Positions 40,501 to 62,680 of a stretch of DNA of 64,000 nt are shown here, piece by piece; position 1 is the first letter of the stretch, and every line of letters begins with the position of its first letter. Under the pieces are notes generated by a model that saw nothing but the letters and a program-made list of their open reading frames with translations, did not search any database and had not been told where the DNA came from. The stretch lies in assembly GCF_009914755.1 (NCBI RefSeq), contig NC_060947.1, one strand, 5' to 3'. This DNA is from the human T2T-CHM13v2.0 reference genome, Homo sapiens. The translations under genes were made by a program, and so were the position numbers.

Positions 40501-41291
40501 TGCTGTGGGAACCCAGAGGAGGGAGTAACATATCAGCTGCTGGGAGATGAGGGTCATCTCTTGACTCCTGACTCCATTAAACCAAGAAAAGGCAGAGACT
40601 TACTGCCACATGACTCTGGTTAAAATGAACCTGTCTCCTGAGGTTCTCCTCTAGCCCTCTCCCATAACTGTATCAGCACAGGTTAATTGGTTTAGCTAGT
40701 TTCACACTTGGAGTAGGAAAGAAACTGGACAGGGAAGTTGCTTTAGGGGTAGAGGATGTTCAAAATAGTAACAAATTTTGAGTGCTAAGATGGGGGGGTG
40801 GGGTTGGGGATACCATGAGGGCACTGAGCCAGGGAGGGCAGGCCCAGAGCAGTGGAGCACCTGGGGTGAGTGCCTGTGCAGAGGGGAGGTCAGAGGTCAC
40901 CTACCTCAAAGTTTGGTCCCCATCTCCCACCGGCTCCATCAGTAACCATTACCTTGATCCTTTGTACTGTGCCATGTTACGTGGTTGATACAGTCCCTCC
41001 CACTCCTCAAGGAGGTAATGTGCTAATTGGGGACACTAAATAGGTACAGGTCATTGAAGATTTAAGTAACAGTTTGCATTATAATAGATGTCACAGGGTG
41101 TTCATGATCAGTTGCTGAAAGAGTGGCAATTGCAATAAGTTTTAAATAACTCACTTAGGACAGACTGGTCTGGGGAGGCAGAGTCCATGAATCGAGTCTT
41201 GAAGGAGGGACACAATTTAATTGGTACTAGCAGGATAGGAAGGACATTCTGATTGAGTGGAACCAATCAGATCTTGAAGGATGGATTGTAC

Positions 41292-41925
<634 letters not shown>

Positions 41926-42769
41926 AATGGATTGTATTTCTAAAGGAAAAGATACATAGAAGGGAAGAATATTCATTAAGAAAACACAGGAGTGTGTAAA
42001 TAATGTTGAGTTTGTCTGTATTGCCTAGAGCAGGTAAAAGATAAATGGAGGATCTTGGTTTCCAGGTTTAAAATGCTTAGAATATATGTAGTAGATAATA
42101 AGAGCAAAAGCACAGAGTTTGGAAATTGTAAACAGAGGCATGTTCACAGGCCAGCAAATCCATCAGTTTGACTGGAGCAGTGCCTTGGGGTATGAGTGGT
42201 GGCAGAAGGAGCAGGGTGAGTTGACTGGGGAAGTCAGTTAAGACCCAAAGGTGAAGGGTCTTGATGGCAGGCCAAGGACTTGGGGCTTTGTCCTGAAGAC
42301 AGGGCTGATGCTAAGCTTAAAATACTTCCGGAGCTACTGCCCTGAGCCCAAGTGCTCCCCCATCCCTATTCCAGGACCCCTGGACTGGCTTCAGCAACGA
42401 AAGGGCTAAGTTTAGAAAGGATTAGAGATTAAGTATTTTGAGTATCACCCCTACCTGTAGGCCAGGAGGAGTCAGTGAGGGCTTTTTATCAAAGGGCAAA
42501 TGGGAGGGGTTGAGACAGATCACGCTGGGAGCCCCTGTGTGTCTTGGGTAGTTTGAACTAGGGTGGAGGCTTCTGGGAATGTGGAAGAAAGGCGAGGTTT
42601 TACGGACATTGCAAACCACAAGCTGGACTTCGGGAGACGGGAGAGGGGGATGGGGGTGAAGTGAAGGCAACGATCAGACAGCTCTGAAATTTCAAATTTA
42701 AGAGGTCAGGAAAACAGTGGCACCATTAACAGAAATAGGCAAGTCGTGACGGCCTTTTTGTTTGCTTGA

Positions 42770-42813
<44 letters not shown>

Positions 42814-42908
42814 CTTTAAGTTCTGGGATACATGTGCAGAACGTGCAGGTTTGTTACATAGGTATACATGTGCCATGGTGGTTTGCTGCACCCATCAACC
42901 CGTCATCT
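42770..42908 (-). mobile_element. L1PA 3'-terminal fragment with (AAT)n tail
   Basis: ttatactttaagttctgggatacatgtgcagaacgtgcaggtttgttacataggtatacatgtgccatgg is the reverse complement of a primate L1 3' end. Confidence 0.92.
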
Positions 42909-42942
42909 TGGAAAGGTTTTTTGTGAGCGTGGAAATAATTTA

Positions 42943-43253
<311 letters not shown>

Positions 43254-43745
43254 AACATTGTTGATAGAGGGGCTATCTTTAAGGAGCTGACAAGCACCCA
43301 CATGGAAATGTTCAGCAGATTGCTGGAAATGTGAGCCAGGAGCTTAAGAGAAAGGTTGGGACTGGAGCTCTAGATTTAGGACCCATCTCCGAGGAGCCAA
43401 AATGAGCCCAAAATGGATGAGATTCTTGAACAGCCACGTTGGAAGTGGTAGGTGAAGAACCAGCCCCGGAAAGGGTGATGGGGGATGCAGGAGAGCCCAG
43501 CTAGTGTGGGCTCACGGGGGCCCGAGAACTGTGAAGAAGACATTTGATTTCACCATGAGGTCATTGATGACCTTCCAGCAATGAGTTTCCATGGAGTTGG
43601 AGTAGGGGTGGCAGAAACCAGTTTTCAGGTGGGGGCGGGGCTACCCCAACCCATGCAGCACCTTTATGCAAAATTTTTTTTTAATGGTGACCCTTTATCA
43701 AGATGCTTACTTTCAACCATCAGGAAACTGTCATAATAAACTGAT

Positions 43746-43751
43746 TTTATT
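43746..43751 (-). terminator. Polyadenylation signal AATAAA (ELF4)
   Basis: TTTATT on + strand at the end of the unique UTR; ATTAAA also at 43685-43680. Confidence 0.7.
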
Positions 43752-43822
43752 AGAAAAAGGCACTTTAATGCCAACTGCTGGAAACACGCATAGTAAATAC
43801 ATTTGCACAACCAAACACAGTG

Positions 43823-43837
43823 CCCTCCAGGGGGCAG
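43823..43837 (+). promoter_or_regulatory. CTCF-like motif (one mismatch)
   Basis: CCTCCAGGGGGCAG. Confidence 0.35.
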
Positions 43838-45520
43838 GGAGAAGAAGAGTAGGAGAGGGTGATAGTTGTTGGCTTAACAAAGAAGAGAAGAGCGAGAGCG
43901 CGGCCAGGGGAGGTAGTTAGGTCAAGTGGATGGTTCTGTACCAAGGACACAGCAAAGGTCCTCAGGCACTGATTCACATTACCCAAAGTCACCAGATAAT
44001 AGAGTTGTTTCCGTGGCTGACATTTCTTAGCCTTGCCCTCAAACTTGGCAGGAGGGAGGCAAGCTCGTTTAAAGAAGGGAGAGGGGAGGAGATCCAGGCA
44101 ATTGGCCTAGGGGTTGGCTTTGAGAGAGAATAGGTTGACCCTTCCTCGGAAAGAGGGAAGGGGGAAGCAGGGAGCCACGAAGAGAGAGAGGTGCCACGGG
44201 AACTCCTGGCTGCCGACTCCCGTCTTCTTGGTGAAGGAGTCAGGGTTAGGTGTGAAAGTGGGAGATGAGGGGCATTGGTACACCCAAGGAGGTCTGCTGC
44301 AGTCATCACAGAGGCAGGCTGGTCCGCCTTCGAGGTGAGTTGCAGGCAGGCTGAGCAGCAGAAACCATGTGGTAGGTGCCCATGCTTGAGCAGGAATGGG
44401 GGTGGACCCCATCTAGGTCGCTGCCGGACTAGCCGCAGTGATGCCTGACAGCTGGAAAATGTCAAAAAGTAATCAAGAGGGAGCCCAGGATCGGGGAAGT
44501 AGGCTGGGGTGTCAGCAAAGGCTATTGTCTGGCGGGGGGCCGGTATCACACAAACAGCCCAAGCCCTAGGCACAAATACTCAATGAATTCAGCTCTGGGG
44601 GCTTTGTGGCTAGCTCTGAGGCTGGAGGGCACTTCATCCCCGTCTAAATCCTTCAGCAAAGCACTTTGGGGTGGCCCAAGATTCCAGCCTGACTGCAAGG
44701 TGACTGTGGTTGCTAACACGGCAAACTCCAGGAAGAGTACCTTGGTCCAGCCAGTGAGGGCTGCTCCCAGAGCTGACTTCCCTTCCCTCCCTTCGTGGTT
44801 TTACCCCACTCGGCCTTTGTGTCCCTGAGGAGCGCATCTTCCCCAATGTGCATGCGCATCAAAGCGTTCCTACTCTGCACTCGTTCCAGCTCTACAACAT
44901 CTCCAGATTCGGAGGATCAAACTTGTACCCCATAGTCTCAGAGCAACTGAATCTCGGCATGAACAAAGGGAATTAGAGAATGCTTTCCCTTAAAAACAAA
45001 ATCCCTATCCCTGTGGCTGATCCACGGAGACATACACACACCCTTGGAGACAAGACCTCACAGCTACAGCCCTGTCCTCCCCAAAGAAACTAAGATACAG
45101 ACCAACAAGTACACACAAGTACATACAGGGATATTCACATATAGGGTAGTAAATTCCCTGTGTAGGGAATGCAGCCAGTGAGATAGAGCCAGGTAGAAGG
45201 GCTCTTCTCACAAAGCTGCTGCACAAACCCTGGCCACAAACTTCTGCCTGGCTCAAGGCTTTTTCCCTCCATCACCAAGTCAGCCCGTTATGCTGCCAAA
45301 AGCATATGCCCTAGTGCTCTTGAAGGCCATAGTCTGATGCCAGGGATGCTTAAGCTGGGCACTGTTTGGCCACAGTGACACCAGGCAGGGCCGGGGGACT
45401 TGGGGTCAAGTGTATTGACATCCCACTGAAATGCAGGGGCAGGTGTGCTACTGAAGTCGGTCCCTATGAAAATGCTGCTCAATTTTGCCTGGTGGGTCAC
45501 ACTTGCCCTGACCCCTTTGC

Positions 45521-46426
<906 letters not shown>

Positions 46427-46434
46427 TTATTTGC

Positions 46435-46912
<478 letters not shown>

Positions 46913-47273
46913 TAGCTCACATTTATTAAGTACTTAGAATAGGTATATAGGTCAGGGATCATTCTAAATGATTGACATGTGGCATTTCACTCAATCCTGA
47001 AAACAGCCCACAAGTGGGATAAGAACAATCTGATTTTACAGCTTGAGGAAAGTGAGGCACAGAGAGGTTATGTATTAATAACTTGCTCCAAGACCAGCCA
47101 TACCTATGTTATCCTTTGATTTCTTCCAAGTGGGGATGCTGGGGTCTCACAAGGCCTTGATGTGAGTCCCCGCTCTAGTGATTACACAGCCAGTATACAT
47201 AGTAAGCACTACAGCAGGGCCTCACAACTAGGTCTTGTGATCCCAGAGCTCATCTTCCTCACCATTCCACTCT

Positions 47274-47365
47274 ACTGCCTGCCCTCCTCGAAAGGGTGTC
47301 TCACTGCGCCAGCGTAGTGACTGCCTGCCCTCCTCGAAAGGGTGTCTCACTGTGCCAGTGTAGTG
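47274..47365. repeat. Direct tandem duplication, 2 x 46 bp
   Basis: actgcctgccctcctcgaaagggtgtctcactgYgccagYgtagtg twice, 44/46 identical. Confidence 0.95.
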
Positions 47366-47744
47366 GGAGGTCCAAACACATAACCCAACAAAGTCCAACC
47401 TTCTCAGGGAAAATCGGAGGCCCCTTAGTGGGGATGAGAAGTAGTTGGAGCTAGCCGGGTGGGCCTGGAGGTCCCAAGGGGCTCACAGCAGGCAGCTCTA
47501 AAACATTCTCTGTTGCTTCTTTTCTAGAATGGAGGAGGCTTAGGAGGATGGGCCAGGACACGGACGCCCTGGTGGCTCCCTGGGGAGCCCCTCTCGTGTA
47601 AGCCCCCGGATGTGTGACCTCAGGCAAGTGACTTCCCCTCTCTTGACCAACAAGTGCCCTACTGGCTTTTCCATGGCTCTGGGAGGATCCCATGAGCCTG
47701 GCGACAGAGTAGAGCTTGGCAAGAAGTTGAAAACTGAGCCCTGC

Positions 47745-48506
<762 letters not shown>

Positions 48507-48953
48507 TTAGCCGGGAGCTGGGTGGGAGACCTTCTACCTCCATCTCCCCAGTGCTCCTCCCCGAGGGCTAGGCAAGCATGAGGCTGAGTGAGGCTGGCTG
48601 GGGAGCCAGCTGAGGGCCCAAGGGCAAGGGAAAGGATATGTCAACACCTGGACTTGGAAGGCTTTTATGACATTCCTGAGATTTCCCCCTGAGAACTCAA
48701 AGGATCACAAAAGGTTTTCAGATGTCACCCCACTCCAACCCCCTGCTTTGGGGCAGAGGACAGGGAATGACTGAAGGAGAGAACTGAGAGTGAGGGGATG
48801 GATGGCGGGAACAGCAATCCCCCAGCCTGAGAGACCACCTCTAGGACAACTCAAGCCCACCTCCCCGGGTCTCTGGCTTGCAGATGTGAAGAAAGCCCTT
48901 CTTGGGGAAGAGGGGGTGCTGAACTGCTCTTCCATTATAAAAAGCAAAAAGGA

Positions 48954-49630
<677 letters not shown>

Positions 49631-49838
49631 AAAGGCCAGGTCAGATACAAGAGGAGGGGGGCTCTTCCTGCCAGAGGGGGCCTGGGGAACAGACATAGGA
49701 GCAAGCTAAGAGGAAAGTTACGAGACTCGTTTCCTTAGGATCAATCAGGTCTCCATGAAAGCGAGGAGGACTCCTTGGACTTAAGGAAGGATTGGTGATC
49801 CCCAGGGCAGGGGTTCTGCATCATCCCAACAGCTCCTA

Positions 49839-50700
<862 letters not shown>

Positions 50701-51025
50701 TTATAGGCTGAGGCCCCAGAGGTCCGGGGACTGGCCAGGGGGCCGAGCCTGGTGTCCAAACTCCCAGCCTAGGATTCAACCCATCGAGATCATTAATGTT
50801 TCTGAAAGAGTTTATGCAGATCCCAGGCAGACAGGGGCAGCATGGGAAATGTCAGGCTACAGGCAGACTAACGGATGAGGCCAGGTTTTACAGAAGGGAG
50901 GCCTTTTGGTCCATCTCTGTCACACCAGAGAGCTGGCCTCTTAACACATCCATGAGCCCTGACCGCCCCCCCACGCCCCGCCCATCCCCTCGGAGACACA
51001 CATACACTCACTCTCCCCCACTTAC

Positions 51026-51217
51026 TTCTCTTCTTTGATTTCCCAGTCTTCTTGGCACTTTCCTCTCTGGAGGCCTTCTCCTCCAGAGAATGCCCCTCCT
51101 GGTCACTAGTGTCACCCGCCCTGTTCAGGGCATCGGGCTCAGAGGCAGGAAACAGGTAGTTGGGCAGAGTGACAGCTGGTGCAGGGTCCGAGTCTGGAAG
51201 CATTTCGGAGGTACTGA
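51026..51217 (-). CDS. ELF4: ELF4 exon, 192 nt ([11 protein letters not shown]...KKTGKSKKR)
   Basis: ttgcag|TC acceptor, AGAA|gtaagt donor; phase 1-1. Confidence 0.93.
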
Positions 51218-51564
51218 CTGCAAGAAGAAAGACCTGAGGTGGGCGGGGCCCAGGCAGGGCTGGAGCGGGGTCTCCCAGCGCTGGAGAGACGGGTAGGTTC
51301 CAAGGGAGGGCGGGGGGCTCATCCCCCCAGCCCCAGACACAGGATACACCTGAAAATGCCTCATGTGGCTTGTACCACGAGGAGAGGAAACATCTGCAGA
51401 GCTGTGGGCACAAGCTGGCCCCAATTACAGCTGCCACATTTATAGCCCACTGTTGGTGGTAGGGAAGTTCTAGGCGGCACCCCAGGTAAAGGGCCACCTT
51501 GATTTAGTCCTTGGCTCATTTTACGACTCAAAGGGGCCTTAGAGATCATGTAGCCCCATTCCTG

Positions 51565-51750
51565 TGTTTTCCTGATGAGGAAACTGAGACAGACCCAGAG
51601 AGGGGAAGTCATGTGCCCAAGGTCACACAGCAAGTTGGTGCCCGGTACAAATAGGCACCCATTATTGGATCCTGGATGAATACTGGTGAGAGTCAGGACT
51701 AGAAATCTCTCAGATTTCAGCTTTATGGCTTGCCTTCCCTCACTGTACCA
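51565..51750 (-). mobile_element. MIR relic
   Basis: gatgaggaaactgag...cccagagaggggaagtcatgtgcccaaggtcacacagc. Confidence 0.7.
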
Positions 51751-51885
51751 CACCACCCCTTGGGAGAAGGCAATCTGGGGGAACCCTCCTGTGCATCTGC
51801 CTGAGGGGTCATTGGGAAGAGCCTGCCTTGGGGGCCCTCTGGGGAGTTAGGAGCCTGGTAGGATGGGCAAGGATCACTTATTTCT

Positions 51886-52611
<726 letters not shown>

Positions 52612-52798
52612 TGAAAATGGAAAGAAATTCTGACACGTGCTACAACATGGATGGACTTTGAGGACATCGTGCTAATTGAAATAAACCCATCACCAAAATA
52701 CAAAAAGATAAAAGTCATATGTATATCGGTGGGTGTGGTGCATGTATACCTGTGTGCACACATGCCTGAGAAACCAATACATGGATTTCATATTTTTA

Positions 52799-53008
<210 letters not shown>

Positions 53009-53348
53009 CTATAATCAGGGCCAGCCCGAAGAAAGGATGGTGGTAAGCATCCTTCGGGCTGACCCTGAAGTGAGTGCTAAGTGAGGGAGAAACAGGGGAC
53101 CCTGACCAGAGGTACTGAGGGACAGCCAGGAAGGGCCCAGCACCCCTCCTTACCTAACTCTCCACCCCCTCAGCTGGTCTTCACTCCTCATTGTCCCACC
53201 CCACTTCCACAGACCATGAATCTACTAAGATGGTTCCCTCCTCTGTGAAGCAGCACAACTTTTTGGCTGGTGGACTTGCCCATTCTGCACGGGGTTACTA
53301 GAGGCCATTGTGGGCTGCTGTTCCCTAAAGACACAGCCCCTTTTTCTA

Positions 53349-53552
<204 letters not shown>

Positions 53553-53774
53553 CTATGGAGAAGACAGGGATGTGATTCAAGACCCACCCAGCTCTTCCAG
53601 CAAACCCTCCCTACCAGAATCTGGCCCTCTGTGCAAGTCCTTATTCTTGGGTTCATCAGGGACTGTCCTTTGTATAGGATGATATAACTCTGGGTCCAGC
53701 CTCATTAGGTGATGCTTTGAGTGGGTTCTTGATGAATAGATGGGTTAGCTCTGCACCACCAGCCCTTTAAGCAT

Positions 53775-54375
<601 letters not shown>

Positions 54376-55042
54376 AGGCAAGTATTTTTAACTGGTTGTA
54401 GTTATGGTTTAACCCGTGGCCAGGTTAGGGCTCAGTCTATGAGGATTAGATTCATTCTAAGGCCATTGGGAATAGACCAGCTGATGGCAAGGGCAAGGGG
54501 CTCAACCTATAGTCGGGGGACAAGAGGGATTCAGTCTAGAGTCAGGGCTGGGGACCTAGTTCGCAGCCAGAGTTAGGGGCTCAGACATCTTCGGGCTCCG
54601 TCTGTGGCAATGATAGTGGGAATGAAGACAGAACAGAGGCATTATAGAAGTAGAAATGTCAGGACTCAGTCACTGCCTGGATGGGGGAGAGGGGTTCAAT
54701 TTCCAGCTTCATTCAACAGGGACATGGAGATACTGCTCATGCCAAGGGAGGGCCCAGGAGGAGGAAGAGCAGGCTGTGGACCAAGATAAGGGCTACAATG
54801 TCTGGATGTGGTGAGCTTGAGGTACCTTTGGGACATCTGAAATAGAGACGCCTATCAGGGAGTCAAAAATAAGTGTCTAACAGTTCAAAAGGGAGCTGGT
54901 GGTCGTTCAATCCCTTGGAGTAGATAAGAAAATTGAGATGAGAATTCAACCCCTAGAGAACAGAAGTGTTTTGAAATTAAGCAAAGCGAAATTAAAAAGC
55001 AGTATGACTGCATGTGTTTTTTTTAAAAAAACTCCATATAGA

Positions 55043-55531
<489 letters not shown>

Positions 55532-55904
55532 TAGTTTTATTTTCATTATGGAGTTTTGAATGATTTTTTTCCCCCTTTCTACTTTTTTGTATTTTCCAAA
55601 TTTTCTTTCATGGGAATGTTAATTCTTTTTGTTGTTATTGTTTAGTCTCAAGATCTGTTTTGTGGATGATAATTCTTTTTTTTTCCCATGCAAAAAGAAT
55701 GAGAATGATCCTCTCTGTGTAGTGTTCCTGAGGGATCCAGAGAAACAAAAATGGATAAAAGACCTTTGGATTTGGCCATGGTCAGTCACCCTGGCTAGAT
55801 CAGTTTCAGAGCAGTGCTAGGGTCCCAGGCCAAGTTGCAATGGATCTCAGTGAGGACAGACTGAGGTAAGCAGTTGGGTATAGTGATTAAGGTCCCAGCA
55901 TCTA

Positions 55905-56424
<520 letters not shown>

Positions 56425-56429
56425 ATCTA

Positions 56430-56640
56430 GAGCCAGAGTGCCTGGGCTTGAGACCAAACTCTGCTGCTCACTAGCATTGTGACCTTGGGCAAGTTACCTA
56501 ACCTTTCTGTGGATCAGTTTCCCCATTTATAAAATGAGAGTGATCACATGATTGACCCCCTAGGATTGTTAAAACAGATCAATACACATAAAGCACTCAG
56601 AGCAGGGCCTGGCGTAGACTAAGCTCTCATTAAGTGTTAG
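56430..56640 (+). mobile_element. MIR relic
   Basis: tgtgaccttgggcaagttacctaacctttctgtg..tcagtttccccatttataaaatgag. Confidence 0.75.
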
Positions 56641-56695
56641 GTATCAGAGGTTTCTAGGAGACTGGTAATGTTTTATTTCTTAATTTGGGTGGTGA

Positions 56696-57845
<1,150 letters not shown>

Positions 57846-57974
57846 CTAAAAAGGTATAAAAAGATGCAATTTTGAAGGTGGGGGCAGAAGGGAGGGAAGG
57901 TTTTCTTTTAGGGTTGGGACACCTGAAGATGTTCAAAGTTGAGGAAAGAAATCTGAGGTCTAAAAGATACAAGA

Positions 57975-58279
57975 GGCCAGGCGCGGTGGCTCACGTCTGT
58001 AATCCCAGCACTTTGGGAGGGCGAGGCGGGTGGATCACCTGCGGTCAGGAGTTCGAGACCAGCCTGCCCAACATGGTGAAACCCTGTATCTACTGAAAAT
58101 ACAAAAATTAGCTGGGCTTGGTGATGCGTGCCTATAATCTCAGCTACTCCAGAGGCTGAGGCACAAGAATCGCTTGAACCCAGGAGGCAGAGGTGGCAGC
58201 GAACCCAGATTGTGCTACTGTGCTGGAACCTGGGTGACAAGAGCGAAACTCCATCTCAAAAAATAAAAATAAAAAATAA
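57975..58279 (+). mobile_element. Alu
   Basis: TSD aaaagatacaaga. Confidence 0.93.
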
Positions 58280-58770
58280 AAGATACAAGAGAGAGGAAGT
58301 GATGGATGGTTTGAGGTCTTAAGGGATGCAGGAGAGAACAGATTAAGTACAGAGGTTGGGAGTCACCCTTGCAAGGAAAAGTAACATTTCTTTCTCCTGG
58401 GCCAGTGGGAAGGAAACAAGAACAGGAGATGTTACAGATAAAAAGAGAGAAGGGAGGGAAATTGAGGGCGTCCTGGGCTTTGAGCTTCTCTGTGGATTGG
58501 AGGAGAGGCTGTCCGCTGAGGGTGGAGGGATAGGTTGGAAGGTAAGAACTGCTTCTGTGAAAAACAGCCTCTATGAAGAAAAGAAACAGTTGCTGAGTGG
58601 ACTAGAAACAAATGGAAAATGACAAGTAGCATTGAGAACTCATGTATGGTAGATTTTTCTTCCTTTCTCCTTGTCTGATGCCTTCCACGAGGCTAGGCAC
58701 ACCACATATGTTCAATAAAATTGAGCTGCTTTAAGGCAAGGAGGTAGACGGAAAGTTCAAAGTGCTCAAA

Positions 58771-59241
<471 letters not shown>

Positions 59242-60027
59242 TAGGGTAAGGGACAGGACTTGCTCAGGTGACATTGTGGCCAAACTGGGATCGGAACCCA
59301 GGGCTCCTGACTCCTAATCTTCCATTCTTTCTACTGTGCCTGGATGCCTCTTCTCTCTCCATTTTATGGAAGAAGGAGAATGGAGGGTAGTGATGAGTCT
59401 GCCAGGACACCGTTCAATGGGTACATACATCTAAGTGCACAGAAAACGTGCCAGTGTAGGGAAGGTATGGAGCAGTGGGGACCTCAGTGAGCACCAGAAT
59501 CCTGTCCTATTTTCCAACTTCCTCCCACCAAAAGACCTCATTTCCAGCTTGTCCTGAATCCTCAGGCTGGGGCCAAAAAGACGACTCTGAAAATGTCAGG
59601 GCCTGGACACCAGTCTACAGTTCAGCTGGCAGTGCTCATTCTTGCTATGTGGCTGTCCCCACAGCTTTCTCACTGTGACACTTTGAGAGAAGAGAAGTGG
59701 CCGAAAAATGCATCTGATGGTCAGTGTACCCCTTATGCGTTTGGTCCATGTTGCTGACTAACCAACAGCCCAGCTGATGTACTTAGCAGATGTTTGGCTG
59801 GCTCAATGATTGCATGTGGGCAACCAGCTCCCTAAATGACTGCCCGGTGACTCCAGACCAGCCTCATGAGTGACTGGCTGGCACGCAGGCTGGCTGGCAA
59901 GCAGGGCCAGTGCCCTGAGCATAGTAGGTGCTTGATGGATATTTGCTGATTGGCTAGCTGTGCAGCCAGCTGGCTCCCTGGCTGTCTGCCTGGCTGTCTG
60001 TGTCTATCTGATTGTCCACAGGGGCTA

Positions 60028-60338
<311 letters not shown>

Positions 60339-62573
60339 CTAGAGAGAAGGGAGAGATGGGGACAGTGAGTAAGTCACCTTCCTTGAGCTCTGTTGCCAGA
60401 ACTGCCTATGAACCAGAGGGACCCTGCCATGCTAAGGCAGACTGCCAATAGAGGAGTGGCCGAAACGGGAGGATGATGAGAGAAGAAAAGCGACAGAGAA
60501 GAAAGAGGTCAGGGAAAGAAAGAAGGAGAGAGGAAGTCAACTGAATGGCCTCCAGTGGGAAGTGGCTGAGTGTTGGTGCCCGTCTGGGTCACCAGCATCG
60601 GCATCTCGCACTAGTCCCAAAGATATGCAGCCTCCCTCCCTGCCTCCTCCCCTTCCCCTGGAGAAACTGCCAGATGGAGGAACTTTGCGCTCTCTCCACC
60701 CTGAAGACTAATCCCCAGGGGGAGTCAGGGCGCCTGGCCTGGCCTCGTGGACGAGGCAGCAGCATGGAGAATCCCTGTAACTCCCTTGGCTTGGGGAAGA
60801 ATCGTGTGAGGGGCTGAGTGGGGGCCTGTGGGTATCTGTATACCCACTCTGTAGTGCTCTTCTGACTCTGCCTGGCTCCAGGTGAAGTCAGCCTAATCTT
60901 ACCTTGGGAGTGGGGGCCAGTTAGCTTTGAGGGGCCACATCTACAGAGGAAGAAGTGGGGGTGGTCACACCCATGCCTGCCTCGCTGTGGGGGTTGTATT
61001 GTGTGAGGACCAGCAGTGGCCTTACCCTGCTCTCAGGGATGGGACTCTCAGATGGAGCCAAGCCTCCAGAGAGCCTGGAGACTGGGGGACAGGTGGGCCA
61101 CATACCCTGTTTTCGTCAGCACCCCCCTCTCACCACTACCGCCGCCACCCACCAGAGAGCGTGGCCTCTGTGCTGTGTGTGGGTTTGTGTTCTTGGTTTA
61201 GCTTTGCTTTCAGTTTCAAGAGTGAACTGTCACCCTGGGAACTGGTGAGGAGAGCCCCGACTGGAGGAGGGGCAGGCGGAACCTTCCCCATCCTCTGGGG
61301 CTGGCTCAGGCCCCTTTTCCAGGAAATCTTCTGTGTCTGCCGCAGCCCAAACACACCTCCTCTCGCCCCACGTGCCCTCAGCGCTCACGGTGTCACATGG
61401 CGTCCGGGCCTGCATTTGTTCCCCCTGTCGCCACTCCTCAGGGCTGTCAGTGCCCGGGCGCCTCATCTGCGTGTTGTGGGTGGTCACACCCAGGCCTGCC
61501 TCCCACAGCCCCAGCCCTCCCACCTCCCTCCTCGCCAGCCAGCTCTGCTCCTCCACCCCATCACTGGAGCTTCTCCACTTCCAGGCGCCACGTCTTTGGT
61601 CCCCTGGGCTCGGTTCTGAGTGTGTGGATGTGCGTGTGGGTGTGTCCATGCACCATAGCAGAAGCCACACACTGCACTCCACCTCCTTGACACTCCCTTG
61701 GCAGTGCCGGGGTGGGCAAACCTTATCCTGGCCCGGAAAGAAATGAGGAACTTCAGAGAGGGGCAAAGGGGAGGAAAGGGAGGGGGACCACGGTGACCTC
61801 CCTGATGACCGCTCTCCCCCACAGGAGACACCCAGGCCTCTCCTACTTCCTTTCCGTTAGCCCACAGGGCTGGCCGTGCCTTTGCCCCACCCCCACCCTC
61901 ACCCTCACCCCCACACCTTTCCACCCACCCCAACAAAAAGTCGGGAGAAGTCGCTCAACTCAACCTCTCAGGTCTGAATTTCCCTTTGGACGAGTGAGAG
62001 GCTGAGTACTGGGAGGAGGCGCCTGGGAAACTGCAGCCCTTGCCCCAGGTTCACTCCTCCCACCACCACCCCACCCCCACCAGACCCTGCCTGCGACCCA
62101 TTCTCCACTGGTCTGTGAAGCCTCCCAAGGCCATTTATGCTTGGAAGGTCTGTCCCCCCTGCCCCCCCAGCCTAAGCGCCCCAAGGCTTGCATTCCACAG
62201 CAGCTCCCGCCCTCCCACAGGCCTTCTGCCTGCCCCCAGGAAACATTCTCATACTAATCAAATTAAAGGTGATCACTTTCACCTAATCCCACTTTGTCTA
62301 AACATGAAACTCCTGTGTGTGTCCCTTCCCCCAAGGTCACTCGCTGTAGCCCTTCCCTTCGGGCTTGCTCATCTCTTCTTTCCAGATCAGGATTTCATGT
62401 TTGCGAGTTCACTGCTGGTGCTGTCTGCCTGGGCTACTTTTATGTACCTTCCTTACCTCCCCCATAAGACAGGGGCTTCCTTGAGGGCAGCAACAACTGT
62501 GTTGGACATTGATGAAACCTTAGCACCTTGCATCATGTATGGCATGTAACAGACACTCAATTTGTGTTTGTGG

Positions 62574-62680
62574 AATGAATGAAGGGATGAATGGGTGGAT
62601 GGGTGGGTGGGTGGATGGCTGGATGGATGGCTGGATGGATGGATGGATGGATGGATGGATGGATGGATGGATAGATTGGT
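62574..62680. repeat. (GGAT)n/(GAAT)n microsatellite
   Basis: Imperfect tetranucleotide array, possibly grown from an L2 tail. Confidence 0.9.

Larger units (their letters stand above)
43720..45520 (-). other. ELF4: ELF4 3' UTR to the proximal polyA region
   Basis: Unique sequence after the stop; minus-strand AATAAA at 43751-43746. Confidence 0.75.

Noticed and set aside
47274-47365. Direct repeat considered as a CRISPR-like array
   Set aside because: Only two abutting copies, no spacers, no cas genes, eukaryotic intron.
60927-61936. 230-aa and 178-aa ORFs in ELF4 intron 1
   Set aside because: No domain, biased composition, overlapping in multiple frames; consistent with GC-rich non-coding DNA.
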